IMG/VR virus record: IMGVR_UViG_3300025771_000019
DNA from: an uncultured virus (IMG/VR IMGVR_UViG_3300025771_000019)
Lineage: Duplodnaviria > Heunggongvirae > Uroviricota > Caudoviricetes
Length of the DNA: 64,000 nt
Reading direction: 5' to 3' (one strand)
Part shown: in pieces, positions 38,551 through 47,875 of the stretch
Position numbering within the stretch: the first letter of the stretch is position 1
How the letters are laid out: every line of letters starts with the position of its first letter
The notes under the pieces: generated by a model
Told to the model about the DNA's origin: nothing
Database searches by the model: none
Seen by the model: only the letters and a program-made list of their open reading frames with translations
Position numbers and translations under genes: made by a program

Positions 38551-39212
38551 ATTCCAATCACCATATATCTTGTATATTCTTCGGAGGGGCTCATTTCACC
38601 CTTATAAAATACTCTTACTAAATCTAAAGACTCTACAAAAGAATCTAGACTATCGTGAGTATTAATGTGTTCTGGTTCTGCGTGATAGTTGTTTGATTGA
38701 AAGCAAACCATCGTATTATGATCTTTAGAATTTGCGATGAGCTTAATATCGTCGGGCTCCATGTGTTCACAGCTTGTATTAATAATCAGCTGAAAAGCAT
38801 CTTTTCTTTCTAAGAAATAATTAATAGCATCATCAGTTATGCCAATATTGTTTCTACACTCAGGAATATCTTGTTTTAATTCCCAGTGAATGCGTTCACA
38901 CATAGGATCTGAATCAACATTCCAGATCTTTACTTCTTCATTAATGTGTTCTCTTAGTAAAATTCCAGTAAGACCGTACCAACTTCCCATTACCAGAATA
39001 TCTTTCAAAGGTGCATCTGGATAATAGTCATCAGTAAGATAGTTTGAGAGCTCAGATACTAGCCATTCTTTACTAGCCATTTGTGCATCGTTAATGCTGT
39101 TTATAATATCGAACGATCTATATAAATCTTCGTCTTGGTTATATTGTGAATCTTTATAAATTCTTTCGATTTCTTGAATAGCATTCTTATAGATCAGTTC
39201 TTTGTAGTTCAT
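38547..39212 (-). CDS. SAM-dependent methyltransferase-like protein
   Basis: SKEWL, VMGSWYG, VDSD, IINTSCEH, QSNNY, RYMVIG. Confidence 0.7.
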   Translation of the reverse strand: MNYKELIYKNAIQEIERIYKDSQYNQDEDLYRSFDIINSINDAQMASKEWLVSELSNYLTDDYYPDAPLKDILVMGSWYGLTGILLREHINEEVKIWNVDSDPMCERIHWELKQDIPECRNNIGITDDAINYFLERKDAFQLIINTSCEHMEPDDIKLIANSKDHNTMVCFQSNNYHAEPEHINTHDSLDSFVESLDLVRVFYKGEMSPSEEYTRYMVIGI

Positions 39213-39801
39213 ATTTTAATCCATTATACATATCAATTGGCGCATCCCATTCAGCAGGGTTTGCTATGCTGTTTACTATTCCATTTTTAAATGTGTTGTG
39301 TGGAATCTTTTCGTGCACAAGAAACCTATCAATGCCTGGATACTTTCTCATGAAGTAATCCTTATTAGATAGAAAGTGTTCCCATACATCACGTTGCTGT
39401 CCTGCCGTCCATGTAATTACAGAACTATTTATGTGCACGTCATAGGCATGCGGAGCCATGTAAAGATCGTCTTTCCAATAGTCTTTTAAAATAGTAAGAC
39501 CATTCCATGTAATAAACTCAGACGGATCTCTTTTAATATCCATATCTAAATCAAAGTAAAGACACTTACCTTCTACAGGAAAGTCTTTACTGAACATAGC
39601 AAGCTTATTCCACCAGTATTTTAGTTTTGGTTTTTCAAATACTGGAATACATGGAATAGCTACACCGTAAGTATCGTCTGTATAACAATAGAATTTTGCT
39701 AATGGAAAATACTTTACTAATTGTTCTGTTAATCTGTTTACGTGTTCATAGCTGTACTTATCGCCATGTTTTACGAATATAATGTTTAACAATCCTGCCA
39801 T
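39187..39801 (-). CDS. Glycosyltransferase (GT-A)
   Basis: KHGDKYS..HV..L, CYTDD, WWNKL, YFDLD, NSSV. Confidence 0.75.
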   Translation of the reverse strand: MAGLLNIIFVKHGDKYSYEHVNRLTEQLVKYFPLAKFYCYTDDTYGVAIPCIPVFEKPKLKYWWNKLAMFSKDFPVEGKCLYFDLDMDIKRDPSEFITWNGLTILKDYWKDDLYMAPHAYDVHINSSVITWTAGQQRDVWEHFLSNKDYFMRKYPGIDRFLVHEKIPHNTFKNGIVNSIANPAEWDAPIDMYNGLKYELQRTDL

Positions 39802-40862
39802 CTAAATCCTCGTATGCCATTCATAATTTCAATTTTACGATATAACTCATCGTACATAGACTGATCAAATTCAGACACTAATCCTTGATTGACTGTATCT
39901 AATTCTTCTTGTGTTCGAGTAGTTAAATAGTTCATTTCAGGCGGATTAAATAATAGATTATAACTTCTAAGTTCATTGTCTCCTATAAACACGTGAGGAT
40001 TATCAGCATAAAAATCATTGATTTCTTGCATATCAAGTATATTAAAATAAGATACAGTAGGAACTACTTTCGGGACAATACCAGCTTCTTCGTTGAGCTT
40101 TTTAATTGTTTCTAGTGTATTGTTAAAATTAGTTCCACGTATCCATTCATATTTTCTGCCAATATGATCTAGACTCGCTACCATTTCTACTTTTTTAAAT
40201 TTTTTTAAAGTGGTCATAAATCGTTTTGAAATTAAAGAGCAATTTGATGTAAGCCACACAGTACAATCAGGATTTACTTCTGCTAACTCTTCAAGTATTT
40301 TAGCATTTCGTAGATCAGAAAAAGGTTCACCACCTTTAATATGCAATACATGCAGATCAGGCAATAAGCTTATAATCTTTTCAATATCAGACTCAGTCAA
40401 ATTAACATGAGGCTGTTGATGATTACCAAATAAATGATCGATTGTGGCCCATTTAGTACTGAAATAACTACTACACATTATACAAGTTTGGTTGCAAATA
40501 TTGCTTGTAGTAAATTCTAAATAACTAATCTTTCCCGGCTCATATTTTCTCCATTCTGGATTCAGCCAATAGAATGCTCCAGCGTGGGTACCATCTTTTT
40601 GTTTTATTCTTGAAGCACAATTATCGCATGCAACAGTTCCCATAATACCTTTTTCTTCAAGCTCTCGTCTTATATGCATATTCAAATCAGAGTAGGGAAA
40701 GTCTTCATATTCAGTTGCAGTAGCAATTTTGTATTCTTCTATACTATCAGTTGCAATAATTTCATTTATGTGTCTAGTGAATACCATGCAACAAGGCTTG
40801 AGCCAACCTTGTGGATCAATTACTAACGCATGATCTGGCCATCTACACGCGGGTATATTCAT
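39786..40862 (-). CDS. Radical SAM protein with N-terminal twitch/SPASM-like domain
   Basis: CNQTCIMC, KGGEPF; N-terminal C..P...G..PCC..C..C. Confidence 0.9.
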   Translation of the reverse strand: MNIPACRWPDHALVIDPQGWLKPCCMVFTRHINEIIATDSIEEYKIATATEYEDFPYSDLNMHIRRELEEKGIMGTVACDNCASRIKQKDGTHAGAFYWLNPEWRKYEPGKISYLEFTTSNICNQTCIMCSSYFSTKWATIDHLFGNHQQPHVNLTESDIEKIISLLPDLHVLHIKGGEPFSDLRNAKILEELAEVNPDCTVWLTSNCSLISKRFMTTLKKFKKVEMVASLDHIGRKYEWIRGTNFNNTLETIKKLNEEAGIVPKVVPTVSYFNILDMQEINDFYADNPHVFIGDNELRSYNLLFNPPEMNYLTTRTQEELDTVNQGLVSEFDQSMYDELYRKIEIMNGIRGFRWQDC

Positions 40863-42025
40863 TTCAGTCTCTCAATATATTGACGATACATTTCAATATT
40901 TTTAATGCAAATTTGTTCATCAGTACCAAACTCAATAAGAGCACTGTTTAAATAGTTTCTAAGCTTATCTAAATACTCTGGAGTCTCTTCTTCTACTGCC
41001 CAAGGTGCGATGTCTTGCGGGGATGTTGTTCCACCCATAGGAGCCAAGACATGATAGGCAAAAGAAAGATTTTTTCTATTACAAAATGATAGTATTTTAG
41101 GTAAAGTCCACACGTTATCTTTACTAATCACAAATGAACAACCGACATCAGCAACACCATATGATTGAAGTTCATCTATATGTTTTAAAACCGTTTCTAA
41201 ATTACCATTTCTTCTTAAATCTTGATATATCTCAGGATCAATTGAATCTAATGAAATCGTAAATTCAGTGTTTGGCCTTTGAGCAAATTTTCTCGCGTAT
41301 CCATTTAAGATACTGCCGTTTGTTGTAAATTGAATGCGAAGCTTTTCTGGGTTTTCCTCTTCTACCATCTTAAGAATTTTATGTACTATTCTTTGAGCAA
41401 ATGGCTCCCCGCCTGTAAAGTTTAATTTATAAACTTCATGTATAATTTCACGTAAAGATTCTACGAAAGCATCACCAACTTCTGGATCATCATATATACT
41501 TGTAAATCTATGCGCAGTTTCTGGATTCTTCTTTACAAAATCTTCCATATGTTGAGAAGAATGATATGGACTGCAGAATTTGCATTTATAATTACAAGTA
41601 TTTGAAAGTTCTAATTCTATATCCCTTGGAACAGGATGATTTAAGTCTCTCTCACCACCTACCCAATCTGCATCTAAACTGCTTGGAGGTTTATCTGCAT
41701 CGCATTGCTCTTTGCAATACCTGCACCATTCATGCAAATCACCCATCATAGAAGCTTGACGAATTTCTTCAAAGCCTTCATCATTTTGCCATAGATCTCT
41801 TAAGCTGTCTCCTGGTTTCCATCGTGCCTGATTGGTAAAAGGATCTTTTTCGTAAGGTGTAGTATCTTTATGCTCTCTTACATGGCGCATAACAAACGGG
41901 CAGACCTTTAAATTGCCTTTCTTATTAATATGAATAGCTTGAAAAGGCGCCCAACAACTTACTGTTTTATATAAAGCTGGTAGTTCCGGTCTTCTATACT
42001 TGTTAATTTTATCGACGTATTTCAT
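40859..42025 (-). CDS. Radical SAM protein with N-terminal twitch/SPASM-like domain
   Basis: CNYKCKFC, TGGEPF, TTNGS, ISLDS. Confidence 0.9.
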   Translation of the reverse strand: MKYVDKINKYRRPELPALYKTVSCWAPFQAIHINKKGNLKVCPFVMRHVREHKDTTPYEKDPFTNQARWKPGDSLRDLWQNDEGFEEIRQASMMGDLHEWCRYCKEQCDADKPPSSLDADWVGGERDLNHPVPRDIELELSNTCNYKCKFCSPYHSSQHMEDFVKKNPETAHRFTSIYDDPEVGDAFVESLREIIHEVYKLNFTGGEPFAQRIVHKILKMVEEENPEKLRIQFTTNGSILNGYARKFAQRPNTEFTISLDSIDPEIYQDLRRNGNLETVLKHIDELQSYGVADVGCSFVISKDNVWTLPKILSFCNRKNLSFAYHVLAPMGGTTSPQDIAPWAVEEETPEYLDKLRNYLNSALIEFGTDEQICIKNIEMYRQYIERLK

Positions 42026-43221
42026 TTATATTCCTTTAAATATGGAGCCAACTCATATATGTCTTCGTTATTTTCTCGTGCTACTAAACAAAAATCAATC
42101 CATTCAATCATTCTTTTTCTTATTTCCGCAGGAGTTTTAAACGGATCTATTGTTGTTTCAACACTCATTACGTTGTTTAAATTACTTACATGCAGTTTAT
42201 CACTTACCCAATATGTGTCTGATCTTTTAGTAAACTTAGATTCTAAATAATCAAATAGATTTTTCTTTCCTTCTTCCTGATGTTGTATTGTTAAGAAGTT
42301 AGGTGAACAATACTTTGGAAACGTTACAAGGTTCGCCATACTGATACGAGGAACACCTGGCACATCAATAAAATAATCAATGAGTTCTGGAAGATGCATC
42401 CAGTTATAAACCGAAACAGTGGATACTACGATAACATGCCTGCCTGCATATTTATGATATCGTTTAATGTTGTTTATTGTTTTTTGAAAATTGCCTCCTC
42501 GAATCCAATCATACATTTCATGCACACCGTCAATGCTTGCTTGGACATGAACTTCATCAATGCGATGTAGCAACTCAATTACATAATCAGTAACTAACTG
42601 AAAATTAGTGCAAATCTCAACACGGCACTTCGGATTCGTTTCAGCAAGCTTTTTAAGGATAAGAATATTATTTGGATCGGCGAACGGCTCGCCACCTTTA
42701 ATCGTAAGATGCTGTAGATGTGGTACTAGATCTAATACCTTATCCACATCTTCTTTCGTCATCTTATACATTTCAGTATGAAACTTATGGTTCTCATCTC
42801 GCCAAGTAAGGCCAGATTCTACAGCCATTTTCTCGTATGGCGCCCATTTAGAACTATACTTACCAGAGCAAGTAACACACATCTGGTTACAAATATTGCT
42901 CGTAGTAATTTCCAAAAATCGAATCGGAGTAATTGGCGCGCCCTTATCTTCTTCATATGTTGGAAAAATAAAGCGATTATAAGAATCGAAACGGGCTATA
43001 CGACCAGCTTCCCAGTGTACCTTACACACGTTACATTGTTTTGGAAAGTTACCTTCTTTAAAATCTTTACGAAGCTTATCATAAACTTCACCATTAAAGA
43101 ACTCAGTAAGATCAGGAACGTCTTTAATATGAGATATAGATGTGTTGTCCCCAGCACAGCATAGAACTATTTCGCCAATAGGATTAATTGTTATTCCCGT
43201 TTCAGGCACCATACATTTCAT
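42022..43221 (-). CDS. Radical SAM protein with N-terminal twitch/SPASM-like domain
   Basis: CNQMCVTC, KGGEPF, SIDG...YDWIRG. Confidence 0.9.
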   Translation of the reverse strand: MKCMVPETGITINPIGEIVLCCAGDNTSISHIKDVPDLTEFFNGEVYDKLRKDFKEGNFPKQCNVCKVHWEAGRIARFDSYNRFIFPTYEEDKGAPITPIRFLEITTSNICNQMCVTCSGKYSSKWAPYEKMAVESGLTWRDENHKFHTEMYKMTKEDVDKVLDLVPHLQHLTIKGGEPFADPNNILILKKLAETNPKCRVEICTNFQLVTDYVIELLHRIDEVHVQASIDGVHEMYDWIRGGNFQKTINNIKRYHKYAGRHVIVVSTVSVYNWMHLPELIDYFIDVPGVPRISMANLVTFPKYCSPNFLTIQHQEEGKKNLFDYLESKFTKRSDTYWVSDKLHVSNLNNVMSVETTIDPFKTPAEIRKRMIEWIDFCLVARENNEDIYELAPYLKEYK

Positions 43222-43238
43222 AATATAACTCTATAAGA

Positions 43239-43799
43239 TTATTTAATTAAACTGTCGATTATCGCCAAGCCTTCGGTAATTCTAGTTGATTTTCTAATTT
43301 TTGATTTAATGTCTTTATCAGCTTCTTTTACTACATCAAGTTCTAAAGCCCATAACTTAAACTTAAACAGCTCTTCTTTACTTTCATTATCTTGCCAAAG
43401 AATTTGAAAGAACCCAGTGTCAATCTCATTCTTTTTGATCTTAACTTGTTTGTCTAAATTGAGTAGAGTTGACTCTTTATCAGAAACTTTCTTTTCAAGT
43501 TCTTCTTTTTGATCTTGAAGAACCTTCAGACCTAGCATTTCACGAGCAAGTTCTTTCGCTGCGAGATTGATTTGTATGTTATGTGCTTTTGATTCTGCTT
43601 TTAATCTATCGACAGTATCATTCAAAATTTTATCGTGATCCCAACCTTCTTCCATCAATGCTTGATAGTCTGGATTGTTTTCATCATTTGGAAACGAATA
43701 AGGAAAAAGCTTTTCATCTTCCTCATATAGTACTTTTATAATAGTGCGCTCTGTGTTAGCATACTGAGCACTTACTATTCTTCCGCTAAAATCTGCCAT
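43239..43799 (-). CDS. Hypothetical protein (possible fibre assembly chaperone)
   Basis: AGGAG RBS; follows fibre-like gene; helical C-terminus. Confidence 0.55.
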   Translation of the reverse strand: MADFSGRIVSAQYANTERTIIKVLYEEDEKLFPYSFPNDENNPDYQALMEEGWDHDKILNDTVDRLKAESKAHNIQINLAAKELAREMLGLKVLQDQKEELEKKVSDKESTLLNLDKQVKIKKNEIDTGFFQILWQDNESKEELFKFKLWALELDVVKEADKDIKSKIRKSTRITEGLAIIDSLIK

Positions 43800-43818
43800 T
43801 TATTTACTCCTCATGCTG

Positions 43819-44844
43819 TTAAGTACCTTGATAAATCTTAAATGATTGGCTTCCTACAACCGTTGTGGTACCAGTTGGAAATTCTTGTGTACGATAATCG
43901 TTAGTGTTAACATAAAGCTGTTGATAGTTACCACCGCCTCCAGCACTTCCGTCTGGAGTACGACGTTCGTCTATATACAGTGCACCATTTAGAACACCAT
44001 TAGATCCGTCTACATTATATGAGAGTTGATACTGACCAGCAGAGTTTGAAGATAGATAGTATCTCAAAAATTTATTCATAAGAGCTGACCAAGACGCTGG
44101 AGTATGGGCATTGATTCTATTGTTTGCAAAATCCCAATAGAGTGGAAGTTGGTCATAAACTTCTGGATAGGCAGTTGCAGGATAATCTACTTTTGCTAGA
44201 TAATAATTCGTATCGATAGTTTGTTCTACTGCTTCCGGGATACCTGAGGCTGTATAAGCTGCCGTATCTGATACCTTGTTTACTGCTATGGGTGTAGTGC
44301 TTACGAGCGTAGCGTTCGCAGGTGATTGGGTTGTAGTAATGAAATATGTTCCGCCTTTTGCAGCAGTCTGTCCACCTCCACCAAACTGAGTTAAAACCGG
44401 ATCCACAAAAGTATCATAGAAGTCTGTAATTGTCATAGCTCGCAAGTGAGTATTGACATCTGCACCTCCTGCACCGTCTGGATTATACAAGTATAAAGGA
44501 TACTCGTGATTATTTAAATCTCCAGAAGGCGCTGATACGGCATCTGTTACTTGACGAATACGTGAATAGTTCTCAGTAGTGAGTACAATATCTGCTGTTT
44601 CTGCTTCAGTTGCAAATCTATCAACACGAGTACTATAAGCACCAGCGACATAAAATGTATCTACGAAAGGCTGCCCTGAAATGGCTGTGCCGTTTGCGCC
44701 TTGTACTTCGAGTGATGGATTAGGATCTTGAGCAAAGGCATATCCTGCAAACTCATGAAGAGCTGTCATATATGTTGAATCGCCTTCTGCAATTTGGTTC
44801 GTACCTGATGCGTCTGATAAGAAAAGTGGTGATCTTACTGCCAT
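43819..44844 (-). CDS. Virion structural / fibre-like protein
   Basis: Thr/Gly/Ala/Tyr-rich; MAVRSPL N-terminus, DYRTQEFP.G C-terminus. Confidence 0.6.
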   Translation of the reverse strand: MAVRSPLFLSDASGTNQIAEGDSTYMTALHEFAGYAFAQDPNPSLEVQGANGTAISGQPFVDTFYVAGAYSTRVDRFATEAETADIVLTTENYSRIRQVTDAVSAPSGDLNNHEYPLYLYNPDGAGGADVNTHLRAMTITDFYDTFVDPVLTQFGGGGQTAAKGGTYFITTTQSPANATLVSTTPIAVNKVSDTAAYTASGIPEAVEQTIDTNYYLAKVDYPATAYPEVYDQLPLYWDFANNRINAHTPASWSALMNKFLRYYLSSNSAGQYQLSYNVDGSNGVLNGALYIDERRTPDGSAGGGGNYQQLYVNTNDYRTQEFPTGTTTVVGSQSFKIYQGT

Positions 44845-44854
44845 AACAAAACTC

Positions 44855-45073
44855 CTATACTATTGCCTGGATACCAGGCGTAACAGCAAAGTACCAAGTT
44901 TTAGTTACACTACCAGACGAATCATAAATTTTAAGGGTATGATTCTGCATACGAATTCCCATTGCTATGGAAGATGCAGATGTTGCATCAGTGTTTGCAA
45001 TATTTAATAAATGTCGGTTATCATTAATAACCTCACCACTGAACGTGGTGTTCGCAGAAACTCTAAGTACCAT
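44855..45073 (-). CDS. Small fibre-related protein (paralog of 45083)
   Basis: VINDNRHLLNIANTD...LKIYDSSG. Confidence 0.65.
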   Translation of the reverse strand: MVLRVSANTTFSGEVINDNRHLLNIANTDATSASSIAMGIRMQNHTLKIYDSSGSVTKTWYFAVTPGIQAIV

Positions 45074-45082
45074 GATCTACTC

Positions 45083-45268
45083 CTATGTTACAGCCGCAGC
45101 GTATAGCGTACGTACTTCTGTCCCGGTAGAATCATATATTCTTAGAACGTTATCTTGAATTGCCACCGCATAATTGATAGATCCCCTCGTTGTGACATCT
45201 GTATTAGCGATGTTTTGTAGGACAAGTGAATTTGTTATCACTGTCGTTGTGCTTACTTTAATTGCCAT
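45083..45268 (-). CDS. Small fibre-related protein (paralog of 44855)
   Basis: MAIKVSTTTVI...LQNIANTD...LRIYDSTG; AAGGAG RBS. Confidence 0.65.
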   Translation of the reverse strand: MAIKVSTTTVITNSLVLQNIANTDVTTRGSINYAVAIQDNVLRIYDSTGTEVRTLYAAAVT

Positions 45269-45294
45269 CTTCAACTCCTTTGGGTTTCAGGCTA

Positions 45295-45492
45295 TTATCC
45301 ACGGTCGTATCGGCGTAATCTCTCCTCTCGACCTATTCTCTTACCATAACCAAGATCTTTCATAATTCTCATACGCTCTTCTTCAGCGTAATTAGACCAT
45401 TCAGAGATCTGTTCTTTCGTTCTACCACAGCCTATGCAATAACCCTTAGAAGGATCAATATAACAGATAGACATGCATGGTGTTACGTACAT
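45295..45492 (-). CDS. DUF1289-like Cys-rich protein
   Basis: TPCMSIC...YCIGCGRT.EQI..W. Confidence 0.85.
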   Translation of the reverse strand: MYVTPCMSICYIDPSKGYCIGCGRTKEQISEWSNYAEEERMRIMKDLGYGKRIGREERLRRYDRG

Positions 45493-45510
45493 TATCGACC
45501 TCTTTATTTT

Positions 45511-45524
45511 CTATTTATAAATAG
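45511..45524. promoter_or_regulatory. Palindromic bidirectional late promoter
   Basis: CTATTTATAAATAG gives TATAAATA on both strands. Confidence 0.8.
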
Positions 45525-45575
45525 TATTGTGAACTCTTCGGCATGAATTTGAACTTAATTATATAGGAGATTAAG

Positions 45576-45887
45576 ATGGCCGAAGATAAAGGTTACCATC
45601 CAGCGGATACAAACGGCGACGGTGTTGTAGATGACGTCGAACGCGAAATGTATCTTGAATTTAAAAGAAAAGAATTAGAAGACAAGGACGCACAGCGTGA
45701 TGCTATGCGTGGGATGACATGGTTTGCTTTATTCGGCATGCTACTCTATCCATTCGCAATTGTCTTAACATCATATTTTGGTTTAGATACTGCAGCAACT
45801 ATTGTTGGTGATATTGCTCCAACATATTTTGTTGCTATTTCTGCTTTGGTTGCAGCATTCTTTGGTGCTGACGCTATCCGTAAGTAG
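45576..45887 (+). CDS. Two-TM membrane protein with EF-hand-like loop (holin-like)
   Basis: DTNGDGVVDDVE; two hydrophobic helices; AGGAG RBS. Confidence 0.7.
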   Translation: MAEDKGYHPADTNGDGVVDDVEREMYLEFKRKELEDKDAQRDAMRGMTWFALFGMLLYPFAIVLTSYFGLDTAATIVGDIAPTYFVAISALVAAFFGADAIRK

Positions 45888-45895
45888 ATAAATCA

Positions 45896-45926
45896 AAAGG
45901 GAGGCCTTCCTAGGTGCCTCCCTTTC
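45896..45926. terminator. Bidirectional intrinsic terminator
   Basis: AAAAGGGAGGC-loop-GCCTCCCTTT with T-tracts on both strands. Confidence 0.85.
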
Positions 45927-46312
45927 TATCTGTTTGTTTCGATGTACAGCACCCGGCTAGCTTTCCATTCGGTACTAGCGACTCACCGACCTAGATAAGA
46001 GGGCCTCTTCCTCACCTAGGGTTTGTTGGGTACATTCGACGTGATTGTCAGGCTTTCCCCGTGCGCCATAAGTAACGAGGACTGAGTTCTTACTGCCTGG
46101 TCGAGTTTTCCTCAGTCCTCGCTAATTCTGGTTTTCACGTCACCGGTATTTCACGGGCGGTATATTCACCAGAATTTTCGCGCGCAATCCGCGGATTGCT
46201 TGCCCGACCTTGTTTACTAACGACGCGCAGGCTACGTCAGGCAATATATCTCTTTACGTCATTTTTGGAACTTTAGAACCAGGGATTTGACTACCACTCA
46301 ATATTGCCTTGA
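45896..46312 (-). ncRNA. Candidate ~410-nt structured non-coding RNA of unknown class
   Basis: No ORF in the track, visibly GC-richer than its flanks, at least six stems plus an H-type pseudoknot, early promoter upstream and terminator downstream. Confidence 0.7.
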
Positions 46313-46319
46313 TACTATT

Positions 46320-46350
46320 AATATATACTTTTTCTAGTAAATGTCAACCC
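46320..46350 (-). promoter_or_regulatory. Early sigma70-like promoter driving the candidate ncRNA
   Basis: GGGTTGACA-N16-TATATT. Confidence 0.8.
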
Positions 46351-46366
46351 TTTTATTGAATTTTTT

Positions 46367-46567
46367 TCAAATTTCTTCTACCGTTACCTTATACAACTTA
46401 CCGTTGAAGTCTTCCATAGTAATGGTTTTCTTCGTTGACAGCATGTAACCATCGATAGGATGCAAATCCATTTTTACTCTACCAACCTGAGTAATCTTGT
46501 TTTCTGGTTTATCATTGTTAAAAGCGGTACTGATCACGTGTGCGATATAGTCGCAATAAGCCAACAT
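46367..46567 (-). CDS. Hypothetical early protein
   Basis: GAGG RBS; 66 aa. Confidence 0.6.
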   Translation of the reverse strand: MLAYCDYIAHVISTAFNNDKPENKITQVGRVKMDLHPIDGYMLSTKKTITMEDFNGKLYKVTVEEI

Positions 46568-46581
46568 AACAAAAATTCCTC

Positions 46582-46794
46582 TTAACGCATTGTAGCGTTA
46601 TCTACATAGACTCCATCGTCGTTTTCGCCGACATAAACGCGGTTGATATTTGAACCATATGCTATCTTATAAACCCACTCGCCACTGGCATTGCGGATAT
46701 CGTCGGTAACACATACAGTAACGGGATCTCCATCCCAGCCTTGATCTGCTAGGAGGGTGTTCATTTGTTCAACTGTAATATTTGCAGGATCCAT
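46582..46794 (-). CDS. Hypothetical early protein
   Basis: GAGG RBS; 70 aa. Confidence 0.55.
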   Translation of the reverse strand: MDPANITVEQMNTLLADQGWDGDPVTVCVTDDIRNASGEWVYKIAYGSNINRVYVGENDDGVYVDNATMR

Positions 46795-47008
46795 TTAAGC
46801 CTCTTTCATATATTCTACGATAAGTTGCAGATCTTCTTTAGAAAAATCTGATTTACGAGTACCCCAAGCAGCGCCGAAGCGAGTAAGCTTGTCACCAACT
46901 TGCGCGAGATGATTAGATTTTGCATCATCTTTTTCTGTGGCTGCACAGTTCATCATGTAACGACCGATAACACCAAGCTTTTTCTGGTTAGGAGTAGTTT
47001 CCATCATA
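46795..47008 (-). CDS. Hypothetical early protein
   Basis: GAGG RBS near MMETT; promoter -35 at 47059-47064; start approximate. Confidence 0.55.
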
Positions 47009-47060
47009 TTTATATTCCTCGTTGATTGTAGAACTATTATATCAAAGTTTGAAAGAGTTG

Positions 47061-47288
47061 TCAACCCTTTTTTTGAAAAAACTTCACGAAATCTAAAAAT
47101 AATTCGTAAGCTACTTCCTCAACATAGTCGATTGGAGTATGACACAACAAAGGCTCAGCTGCATACGCATCCAAAACGATTTGTTTGTAAGCAGGGAATG
47201 ATGTAACGTTCTCATTCTCAGCTTGTTCATCGATTACATCTACGATGCGTTCTTCCATTTCCATTACTAATTCTTTCATTTGACCCAT
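47061..47288 (-). CDS. Hypothetical early protein (MGQMKEL)
   Basis: AAGGAG RBS; promoter -35 at 47339-47344. Confidence 0.65.
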   Translation of the reverse strand: MGQMKELVMEMEERIVDVIDEQAENENVTSFPAYKQIVLDAYAAEPLLCHTPIDYVEEVAYELFLDFVKFFQKKG

Positions 47289-47347
47289 ATTGGTCTCCTT
47301 TCATCTTATATTAATAATATAGTACTTTCAGAATGCAATGTCAACCC

Positions 47348-47779
47348 CTAAAGTGAAAAATTTAGTGTTTTTATGCATTTTAATGCAAGTTTTTCTTCCA
47401 TTCTGAATGCTTGTAACTCCCAAGGTGCCTTAGAGTAAGGCGTTTTGCTGTGATCTTTGGTTTTCCACTTAGTTTTACCATTAACATCACGTAATTCTTT
47501 CTTAGCATACTGCTTTACGTGAATCATCTCATGAACGATAGTGGATACTAGATCGTAAAATGACAAACCTTTTTTGATTGTAAGCGTAAACTCACGACCT
47601 TTGAAGTCTTCATTCATACAATACCCATAAGCCTCGATTTTTCCATCGAATTCTAAGGATATGTCAAGTGTACGAATACGAGGCATCATTTCTTTGATGC
47701 ACCAGTCAACAACAAGGGCGGCAAGCTCGCGTTCTTTAGCTTTACCGCCCCTAAAGTATACTTCGTTTGCCATATGCAT
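47348..47779 (-). CDS. Zincin-like metallopeptidase (HEXXH)
   Basis: TIVHEMIHVKQY, PWE.QA; paralog of 60337..60717. Confidence 0.75.
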   Translation of the reverse strand: MHMANEVYFRGGKAKERELAALVVDWCIKEMMPRIRTLDISLEFDGKIEAYGYCMNEDFKGREFTLTIKKGLSFYDLVSTIVHEMIHVKQYAKKELRDVNGKTKWKTKDHSKTPYSKAPWELQAFRMEEKLALKCIKTLNFSL

Positions 47780-47875
47780 TTCCTTTCATTTGATATATCT
47801 ATTATACCACATTCAAGGAGGAAATGTCAACTGTTTTTGTAAAATAAATTCCTTTTGAAATCAATGGCTTAGAAA

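Noticed and set aside
45896..46312. Structured region as RNase P RNA, tmRNA or group II intron
   Set aside because: The + strand ACAGCACCCGGCTA resembles the RNase P 3' P4 strand but has no upstream GAGGAAAGTCC partner. There is no tRNA-like T-arm/CCA for tmRNA and no complete domain V hairpin.
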